Positions 56,394 through 64,000 of a stretch of DNA of 64,000 bases are shown here, piece after piece. Position numbers and translations under genes: made by a program. The DNA comes from Candidatus Obscuribacterales bacterium (GTDB taxonomy: Bacteria > Cyanobacteriota > Vampirovibrionia > Obscuribacterales > Obscuribacteraceae): contig CBDDIJ010000005.1 in NCBI GenBank assembly GCA_965228855.1, positions 1,088,001 to 1,152,000 on the forward strand. The letters are read 5' to 3'. The number at the start of each line of letters is the position of its first letter. The stretch's first letter is position 1. The notes under the pieces are model-generated. The model saw only the letters and a list, made by a program, of their open reading frames with translations. It searched no databases and was not told where the DNA came from.

Positions 56394-58202
56394 ATGGGAA
56401 TTCCCTTTCGCAAAGCCACCCACCAGATACTGCTATTACTGATGATTCCGCTTGTCGTGGAGACGGGCTTGCTGCTCGTAATCTTCGATTCGTTTAACAA
56501 GCTTGAAGCAGAAAGTGCTCGCGAAGGCAAATCGCTCGACGCGTTGTTGCGATTGAATATGACGTTAAATGACATGGTGTCGGCCGCTGCCTCCTTAATG
56601 ATGTTCAGCGTCTGGCAAGAACCGGGATTTCTGCTGGAATTCAATGACAAACACACCGCTCTGAAAAAACACGCCCATGCCTTGAAAAAATCGCTTGCCG
56701 GCGACTCAAAGGAAGTCGCCAACCTCGCGAACATAATGGACGATGCCATCTCGACGTTTGAGTCCGTTGACGAGATGGCGCAGGATTCATTCGAGAAAGA
56801 CAACGTAGCGACAATTGAGAGACTGAAGAGTTTCCTGCGCCGCATGGACACGGCTGGACACGGTGCATTGGAACAGCAGCTCTCGACAAGAAAAAGGTTG
56901 CAGGAAAGCGAAAACGAGAGCAGACAGCATCTGATGCGACTGATTCAAGCAGGTGTGGCAATCAACCTGCTACTGACCGGACTCGCGGCGACCGTATTTG
57001 TCGTAACGTTCGCAAGGCGGTTTCAGATCGTTGTTGCAGACACGCAGAAAGTTGCATCAGGAATGCTTCTCCAGTCCCATCTGCCTGGCAAAGACGAACT
57101 GGCGACTCTGGATCAAGTGATTTACAAACTCTCTTACGAACTTGATGCCGCGCGCAAAATGGAGCGCGCAATGATAGACAACACTGCCGAGATAATTTGC
57201 TCGCTCGACGACACTTATCGTCTTCGCGAAATCAATAAAGCAGTCTACAAACGACTCGGATACAAAGCAGACGAGTTGCTCGGTACGAATATTCAAGCGC
57301 TCATTCATCCGGACGATAGAAACGAAACATATCGTGAACTTGAGTTTTGCAAAAATACCGTGGATGAGATTTCAATTGAAACACGCTTGAGGCGAGCAGA
57401 TGGGAAATATACATATTACGAATGCACTACGAAGTGGTCTCCCGAAAACAAAAGCATGTCCTGCGTCTTGCATGACGTTACCGAGCGGAAGGAGGCCGAA
57501 AAGCTGAAGCAGGAGGTTCTTGCAATGGTAAGTCATGACCTCCGGGCCCCTCTCACCTCTTTAGGAATGACACTAGATATGGTGACGGAAGGGGTTGTCG
57601 GTACTCTGGATAAGCGAGGAGAAAAACTGATCAATCGAGCTAAATACTCGGTCTCCTCGCTTATAACGATGATCAATGATTTGATCGATGTGGAACGCTT
57701 CGAAGCGGGCGGAATCAAATTAAACTACGAAGATGTTCTGGCTATCGATGTTGCGGTACCAGCACTTGAACTCGTTACACCCGAGGCCGAACGCAAAAAA
57801 ATCTCTGTAACGATAGAAGTCGAAGATTTCAAACTTCGAGTAGACAAAGAGCGTCTGAATCGCGTGGTGATGAATCTAGTGAATAACGCAATAAAATTCA
57901 CTCCGGAAGGTAGAGCGATTCTCGTGACGGGGAGACTATTGCAGTCGAAGTCAGGACGCCCGTATGCGGAATTTCAGATCATCGACCAGGGACCCGGAAT
58001 AGCCGAAGACAAACTGGATCTCGTATTCGAAAAGTTCAAACAAGCGGGCACCGGCAGCGAAGGCGAACGAGTCGGAAGTGGTTTAGGGCTCGCCATTTGC
58101 AAGGCCATTGTCGAGGCTCATCACGGCAACATTGGCGTGACGAGCCGCCTCAAAGAGGGCAGCACATTCTGGTTCAGAATTCCGCAGGCACCAAGCAGTT
58201 GA
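56394..58202 (+). CDS. Sensor histidine kinase (2TM-HAMP-PAS-HisKA-HATPase)
   Basis: GKDELATL, IHPDD, SHDLRAPL, NLVNNAIKF, GSGLGLAI. Confidence 0.93.
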   Translation: MGIPFRKATHQILLLLMIPLVVETGLLLVIFDSFNKLEAESAREGKSLDALLRLNMTLNDMVSAAASLMMFSVWQEPGFLLEFNDKHTALKKHAHALKKSLAGDSKEVANLANIMDDAISTFESVDEMAQDSFEKDNVATIERLKSFLRRMDTAGHGALEQQLSTRKRLQESENESRQHLMRLIQAGVAINLLLTGLAATVFVVTFARRFQIVVADTQKVASGMLLQSHLPGKDELATLDQVIYKLSYELDAARKMERAMIDNTAEIICSLDDTYRLREINKAVYKRLGYKADELLGTNIQALIHPDDRNETYRELEFCKNTVDEISIETRLRRADGKYTYYECTTKWSPENKSMSCVLHDVTERKEAEKLKQEVLAMVSHDLRAPLTSLGMTLDMVTEGVVGTLDKRGEKLINRAKYSVSSLITMINDLIDVERFEAGGIKLNYEDVLAIDVAVPALELVTPEAERKKISVTIEVEDFKLRVDKERLNRVVMNLVNNAIKFTPEGRAILVTGRLLQSKSGRPYAEFQIIDQGPGIAEDKLDLVFEKFKQAGTGSEGERVGSGLGLAICKAIVEAHHGNIGVTSRLKEGSTFWFRIPQAPSS

Positions 58203-58308
58203 AGAAGCTGTGGAAAGGCGTTTTCGATTGGACTGAAAGTTTCCTCGCTTCGGACTGACTGAGAGCAATTTGTTTAGCCTGACGCAGACAGTCCAAATGA
58301 ACACGGCT

Positions 58309-58884
58309 TCACTCCTCCTCATCCACGTCCGGCTCGTCTTCCGGTTCTTCATCAGGCGCTGCAGTTCCACGCTCGATACGATTGAAATCCGATGCCTTTA
58401 AATTCTGTACGAAGTCCTTAAATTCATCATCCTTTTCACCTTTCTGCTCCATAACCAGTGGCACAGAATTGGCTTCGTAAGCGTTTTCCGACATGAACAT
58501 CGGTGCCTCTGACTTAATCGCTATTGCAATCGCATCGAATGGCCGAGCATCCAGCGTGATCCATTTTTCGTCTTCCTCGCCTTCCGGCTTGCCATCCTCA
58601 CCGCCACGCACAAGCACCGACGCAGTGTAGCCGTTGCCGGAATCGGCCAGGTCGATTTCGACCTTCTGTACCTTATGATGCAAATCTCCGATGATGTTGA
58701 ACATCAAATCGTGAGTCATCGGACGTGGCATTTTCTTCTTCTGTAAAAGGCGAATAACCGTAATTCCTTCGTTGATGTCAATCGGAATCGGCACCACTTT
58801 CTTGGCGCCTTCTCGACTGAGGATTACGGCAGCTACATCATTAGCTTCGTCGAAGGCTATTCCGAGAACCGATACTTCATTCAT
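58309..58884 (-). CDS. Bifunctional nuclease family (DUF151) protein
   Basis: PRPMTHDL, LDARPFDAIAIA, acidic tail; probable start ATG at 58884. Confidence 0.85.
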   Translation of the reverse strand: MNEVSVLGIAFDEANDVAAVILSREGAKKVVPIPIDINEGITVIRLLQKKKMPRPMTHDLMFNIIGDLHHKVQKVEIDLADSGNGYTASVLVRGGEDGKPEGEEDEKWITLDARPFDAIAIAIKSEAPMFMSENAYEANSVPLVMEQKGEKDDEFKDFVQNLKASDFNRIERGTAAPDEEPEDEPDVDEEE

Positions 58885-59003
58885 TCCGTTAAAACACCAA
58901 TAGACTTTTCTACTATAACACCAGTCTACACATAGCATAGGAAAAACATATGCTAACATGAGGCTGTCCAGTTTTATCGAAAAGGCCGATCGCGTAGACA
59001 GAC

Positions 59004-61061
59004 ATGAACAGCCTATCTCGCTCATTCACAAACCGAATAATTTGCACAGCTATTTGTGCCGTTTCCGTCATGGTAGCGACCTGCTCACCGTCGAGCGCGT
59101 ACGAGCCCGGCGACTTCGGCGCCTGTCTCTCCCACGCGAGAGCAGCCGAGCAAGCCGGCCAGAACGTTGAGGCTCTGACTTACTACGGCGCGGCGCTGCG
59201 ATTGAATCCAAACTCATCAGAGGCTCGCCAACGACAAGCGAATCTTTATAGCAAGCTAACTTCAGGCAGTCAGTTAGCAAACGCGAGCGGCGATTCTCAA
59301 GACCAGACAAGCATTCGCGCAATGGTCGACGACTTTGTGACCAGCTGGAACAACCATAATATCAGCGGTCTGAGACGACTGCTCGCCAATGATTACCTGT
59401 CCGGCGACGGACTGACGCATGACCAGATCATTCAATTGGCCCAACAGACCTGGCAGTTGTATCCCACCGCAAAATCATATTTTGATGTTAAAAACCTGCG
59501 CGTTTCCGGCGATTATGCAGAAGCAGAAACGGTCGCTCGCCTGGTGGGTACGACCAGTCCAACAATGGGCGTGTCCGGTAATATGCGCAGCACAATTCAT
59601 GACTTGTTTAGCTTCCGGAAGACGTCGCAAGGCTGGAAAGTCTCTACGCAGGTCATTGTAGAGGAATCAGTCAATATTACTTTTGGAAACGTGACGAATA
59701 TAAACGCACACATTACGGTACCAAATACGATGGCACCTGGACAATCCTATACGGCTACCGTCGATGCTCTGCTGCCGTCCGGAGCGAGCGCTACGGTTGG
59801 TTTGGCTCAGTCGACGCCGCAATGGCCGATTGTAGAGCCGGCATTTTCCTATGTTCAATTGGCCGGACCTTCGCTTGCACGTCAGTTCACCGCTAACATG
59901 TATGGACGCAACGAAGATGTTGCAGCGAGGATAAACATCAGCAACGGCTACACTGGTCAAGCCGTAGGCATGATCTGGCTCTCCAAGCGCGTTAACATAG
60001 TCGACTCTCCAACAATGATCGCAAGTTCAGCACAATCAAGTGTTTTCGCCACGCCAACCACACCAGGTTTTTCCGCACAAACCAACTCGACCGCTCCAGC
60101 ACAGGATTCGACGTCCACGGCAAAAACATCGGTTATTGGTTCTATGAAGCCCCATATAGCACCAGCAGTCAGGGCCGAAACAGCAAAAAGTGACGACACA
60201 GCCGCAGCAAAAAATTCGGACAAGGCAGACCGACCAATACGAGACAAGTGGGCGATTATCGTCGGAATCAGCAACTTCGAAGATCCAAAAATTCCAAAGC
60301 TTCAGTACTCCGCAAAAGATGCGATCGACTTTTATAAATTCCTGGAAAAAACTGGAAACTTTAAACGCGACCATATGCGTTTACTACTCAATGAGAAAGC
60401 GACACAAAGACGCATTCTCACAGAACTCGCGACACTGTTTCTCCACCGAGTGGCAGAACCTGACGACCTGGTTGTCGTTTTCTTCTCCACTCACGGTAGT
60501 CCGACCGAAGAGGGTCCAGGCGGTAACAATTATCTGGTCGCATATGACACGTCTATAGACGAGCTTTTCGCTACAGGCGTTTCAATGCAAGCCATTATGA
60601 GCACCTTGAAAGATCGGATCAATTCCGATCGGATTTTGCTGGTACTCGATGCCTGCCATAGCGGCGCCACCACTGTTGGTGCCAAAGGCATGTCTCGCGC
60701 CGCTAACTTTGATGCCGAAGCGCTTGCTCAGGGGTCGGGACAACTTGTGATTTGCTCCAGCGAACCAGCGGAGCGCTCCTGGGAGTCCAAACGAGCCCCA
60801 AACGGCGTTTTCACGAAAAAACTCATGGAGGGGCTGACGAAGAACGGACCAAACACCCGCCTGGCAGATGCTTTCGCCTACTTGCAATCCCAGGTTCAAA
60901 AAGAAGTAAAGGAAGATCGCGGTCAGGCCCAGAAACCTGTTTTGAAAAGTAAGTGGAACGGCGCGGAACTGCTACCACTGATCGCGCCGTCAAGCCCGCA
61001 AACGGTTCCCAATTCACTTAAGGAGCAACTGCCGGCTGACAGCTCCGCCGAGGTTAAGTAG
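59004..61061 (+). CDS. Secreted TPR - NTF2-like - caspase-family (C14) protease
   Basis: Signal peptide; ALRLNPNSSEA; SnoaL-like segment; KWAIIVGIS, FSTHG, LDACHSG. Confidence 0.85.
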   Translation: MNSLSRSFTNRIICTAICAVSVMVATCSPSSAYEPGDFGACLSHARAAEQAGQNVEALTYYGAALRLNPNSSEARQRQANLYSKLTSGSQLANASGDSQDQTSIRAMVDDFVTSWNNHNISGLRRLLANDYLSGDGLTHDQIIQLAQQTWQLYPTAKSYFDVKNLRVSGDYAEAETVARLVGTTSPTMGVSGNMRSTIHDLFSFRKTSQGWKVSTQVIVEESVNITFGNVTNINAHITVPNTMAPGQSYTATVDALLPSGASATVGLAQSTPQWPIVEPAFSYVQLAGPSLARQFTANMYGRNEDVAARINISNGYTGQAVGMIWLSKRVNIVDSPTMIASSAQSSVFATPTTPGFSAQTNSTAPAQDSTSTAKTSVIGSMKPHIAPAVRAETAKSDDTAAAKNSDKADRPIRDKWAIIVGISNFEDPKIPKLQYSAKDAIDFYKFLEKTGNFKRDHMRLLLNEKATQRRILTELATLFLHRVAEPDDLVVVFFSTHGSPTEEGPGGNNYLVAYDTSIDELFATGVSMQAIMSTLKDRINSDRILLVLDACHSGATTVGAKGMSRAANFDAEALAQGSGQLVICSSEPAERSWESKRAPNGVFTKKLMEGLTKNGPNTRLADAFAYLQSQVQKEVKEDRGQAQKPVLKSKWNGAELLPLIAPSSPQTVPNSLKEQLPADSSAEVK

Positions 61062-61172
61062 TGCAGGCTCGCTCAAAATCGGATAAGCGCATTGGAGATT
61101 CAATTTGGAAAAGACGCTGTAGAATAATCAGTAAAGCCGCCCAAGAGGGCAAGAGGCGACCGGGGAATAATA

Positions 61173-61499
61173 ATGTCCGACTGGGACAATGACGACGATT
61201 TAGATAACGATCATGGCGTGGTAACCGAGAAGCGGACGCGTTTGAAGAAACCGTCCATGTTTAAGGTGCTGCTTCACAACGACGACTTTACGACCATGGA
61301 ATTCGTCATCCTTGTGCTGAAGATGGTCTTCCTCAAATCAGACCAGGAAGCGTACAAGATCATGATGTCGGTCCATCAGGCGGGCATAGGCATCGCCGGC
61401 GTCTACACCTACGAAGTGGCCGAGGCCAAAGCCAATAAGGTAATCCAGCTGGCCCGTGACAATAGTTATCCGCTACTTTGCACGGTCGAAGAAGACTGA
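61173..61499 (+). CDS. clpS: ATP-dependent Clp protease adaptor ClpS
   Basis: KVLLHNDDFTTMEFV, MSVHQAG, YPLLCTVE. Confidence 0.96.
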   Translation: MSDWDNDDDLDNDHGVVTEKRTRLKKPSMFKVLLHNDDFTTMEFVILVLKMVFLKSDQEAYKIMMSVHQAGIGIAGVYTYEVAEAKANKVIQLARDNSYPLLCTVEED

Positions 61500-61604
61500 T
61501 GTAAGTGGTTTAAACCTCGACGCTCTGGTCGTTTGCCCAAAATTCAGGACGATCGATGAAATTGGTGGTAGAACTAGATACAACTACCCCTATAAGAATC
61601 TAAA

Positions 61605-63968
61605 ATGTTAACGGCAGAATTACAGAAATCCATTACTAGAGCCGCGGAAGATGCCCTTGCACGCAGACATGAATATCTGACGCTCGAACATCTTCTATAC
61701 GCGTTGACTGAAGAGAAAACAGGAGCCGAAGTTCTTTTCAATTGCGGCTGCGACCTGAAGTTGCTGCGACAAGAACTTGAACAGTTTCTGTCAGACGCTT
61801 TCGAAAGCGTACCGGAAGATATAGAGTACACTTTGTCGCAGACCGCGGCGTACGAACGCGTTTTGCGCAGAGCGATTATGCAAGCGCATGCTTCAAGTCA
61901 AACCACGATTGACAGCGGCAACGTTATTGCAGCGATGTTTGAAGAACGCCGCAGTCATGCAGTCTATCTAATGGAGAAACAAGGCGTTGAGCGCCTCGAT
62001 GTTTTAAACTTCATATCGCACGGCATCAGCAAGCTACAGTCACCAGGCGATGGTGACGCCCCGGCGGGATTCGACAGCGGCGAAGGAGGCGACGGCAAAG
62101 CTCTAAAAGATCCACTCGCGTCATTCTGCGTGGACCTGATCAAAAAAGCCAAAGATGGAAAGATTGATCCGCTGATCGGCCGGGACAAAGAGATAAAACG
62201 CACCATCCAAGTTCTCTGTCGCAGACGAAAGAACAACCCTGTGTACGTCGGCGAGCCTGGCGTCGGGAAAACGGCTATAGCTGAAGGTTTAGCCCTGAAG
62301 ATAAACGCTGGCGATGTTCCTAAACCGCTTCAGGGGGTCGAGATGTTCGCTCTCGACATGGGCGCTCTGATTGCCGGCACCAAGTTCCGAGGTCAGTTCG
62401 AAGAACGCCTGAAAGCTGTAATCAAAGCCTTGAAGGAAAAGCCGGGCGTGATTATGGTAATCGACGAAATTCACACCATAGTCGGAGCAGGTGCCACTAC
62501 AGGCAGTGTCATGGACGCGTCTAACCTTTTGAAACCGGCCCTCTCCAGCGGAGAGCTGCGCTGCATCGGCTCGACAACCTATCCGGAGTATAAGAAATCA
62601 TTCGAAGCTGATAAGGCTTTAGCCCGCCGTTTCGAAAAAATAGAGGTAGCAGAACCATCCATTCCCGATACGGTAAAAATTCTTCGAGGTCTCAAGTCGC
62701 ACTACGAAGATCATCACGGCGTCAGCTACCCGGACGACGTAATCGAATTGACCGCGAATTTGGCAGCTAAGCATATCAACGACAAATTCCTTCCGGATAA
62801 AGCCATCGACGTCATGGACGAGGTCGGCGCACTGGTTAAATTGATGCCGGAAGATATCCGTCCCTCTCGCGTAATCACCACCGATGATATCGAAGAAGTG
62901 GTGGCAAGTATTGCGAAGATTCCAACCAAATCAGTCTCCGGCTCGGACAAAGAGCGCCTCAAAGGTATGGAGATCGAGTTGAAAGCGCTAATTTACGGTC
63001 AAGACCACGCAATCATGCAAGTGGTCAAGGCAATCAAACTTTCGCGCTCCGGATTATCAAACCCGTTAAAACCCGTTGGTTGCTACCTCTTCTCCGGACC
63101 AACCGGAGTGGGAAAAACTGAATTAGCAAAGCAACTTGCCAACACGCTTGGAGTGAAATTCATCCGGTTCGACATGTCGGAGTACATGGAAAAGCATACG
63201 GTTTCCCGCTTGATTGGCGCACCTCCGGGCTATGTGGGTTTCGACCAGGGCGGACTGCTCACCGATGCAGTGAATAAAACGCCGCACTGTGTCCTGCTTC
63301 TCGATGAGATTGAAAAGGCACATCCGGACTTGTTCAACATCCTGCTTCAAGTCATGGATCACGCGTCATTGACAGATAACAACGGCAAAAAGGCTGATTT
63401 TAGAAATGTGATTTTGATCATGACCACCAACGCCGGTGCTCGTGAACTGTCCGCAGCCGATATCGGTTTCCAGGTAAAAGAGGCACCGATCGATCCTCTG
63501 GCGCCCAAGAAAAATATGACGCCCGGCGCGAGCAAAGCAAAAGCCGCAGTTGAGAAAGCTTTCAGTCCTGAATTCCGAAATCGGCTCGACGCCTGGATTG
63601 AGTTCAATCAGTTGAACCAGGAGAACATAAAGAGCGTCGTCGACAAATTTATGGACGAAGTCAAAATTCTTCTTGTCGACAAAGACGTCGACATCTCTCT
63701 CACCGAAGCAGCTCGTGACTGGCTGGCAGTGAAGGGCTTCGACAAAGCGTACGGCGCCCGCCCAATGGGCCGTGTGATTCAACAGAAGGTCAAAGAACCG
63801 TTGTCGGAAGAGATTCTCTTTGGAGAATTGGAACACGGAGGCAGCGCAATTGTCGACATCGAAAACGACGACATAAAGCTAACGTGCAAAGGCAAGCCGC
63901 CCAAGCCGGAAACGAAAAAAGATGACACTAAAAAAGAAGAGACGAAGACAGAAGACGGAGTTCACTAA
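61605..63968 (+). CDS. clpA: ATP-dependent Clp protease ATP-binding subunit ClpA
   Basis: [40 protein letters not shown]; no M-domain; follows clpS. Confidence 0.96.
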   Translation: MLTAELQKSITRAAEDALARRHEYLTLEHLLYALTEEKTGAEVLFNCGCDLKLLRQELEQFLSDAFESVPEDIEYTLSQTAAYERVLRRAIMQAHASSQTTIDSGNVIAAMFEERRSHAVYLMEKQGVERLDVLNFISHGISKLQSPGDGDAPAGFDSGEGGDGKALKDPLASFCVDLIKKAKDGKIDPLIGRDKEIKRTIQVLCRRRKNNPVYVGEPGVGKTAIAEGLALKINAGDVPKPLQGVEMFALDMGALIAGTKFRGQFEERLKAVIKALKEKPGVIMVIDEIHTIVGAGATTGSVMDASNLLKPALSSGELRCIGSTTYPEYKKSFEADKALARRFEKIEVAEPSIPDTVKILRGLKSHYEDHHGVSYPDDVIELTANLAAKHINDKFLPDKAIDVMDEVGALVKLMPEDIRPSRVITTDDIEEVVASIAKIPTKSVSGSDKERLKGMEIELKALIYGQDHAIMQVVKAIKLSRSGLSNPLKPVGCYLFSGPTGVGKTELAKQLANTLGVKFIRFDMSEYMEKHTVSRLIGAPPGYVGFDQGGLLTDAVNKTPHCVLLLDEIEKAHPDLFNILLQVMDHASLTDNNGKKADFRNVILIMTTNAGARELSAADIGFQVKEAPIDPLAPKKNMTPGASKAKAAVEKAFSPEFRNRLDAWIEFNQLNQENIKSVVDKFMDEVKILLVDKDVDISLTEAARDWLAVKGFDKAYGARPMGRVIQQKVKEPLSEEILFGELEHGGSAIVDIENDDIKLTCKGKPPKPETKKDDTKKEETKTEDGVH

Positions 63969-64000
63969 AGTCTAGCGTCACAGTTGAGGATGGGGCCAAA

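Noticed and set aside
63455..63468. One-mismatch palindrome inside clpA
   Set aside because: It encodes ADIGF in a conserved ClpA segment and lacks the left-hand flank; plausibly chance.

Overview
A gene-dense bacterial chromosomal segment of roughly 50% GC (judged by eye), with no rRNA, tRNA, CRISPR array or prophage that I could recognise. The content (Hanks-type kinases, TPR proteins, MshEN-repeat proteins, a secreted caspase-like protease, an IS1595-derived protein) suggests a large-genome non-photosynthetic cyanobacterial relative such as Ca. Obscuribacterales; this is inference only. Recognisable genes include class I fumarase, an acyl-CoA ligase, clpS-clpA, two-component systems, a KaiC-like ATPase, an ABC1/UbiB kinase and a disrupted SDR. 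The most unusual signals are non-coding. (1) A spacer-less palindrome AACCGATATCGGTT occurs 11 times perfectly, with about 9 degenerate copies, almost only in intergenic DNA and confined to about 25.3-55.3 kb. (2) A candidate ~175-nt small RNA at 54.9-55.07 kb is built of CCAA repeats, with a closing stem, a terminator and a pho-box-like promoter element. (3) A nested multi-stem structured element lies at 11.42-11.59 kb. (4) Four abutting 16-bp palindromic operators precede an ArsR-DUF2087 gene. All product calls come from motif recognition by eye, not database searches.
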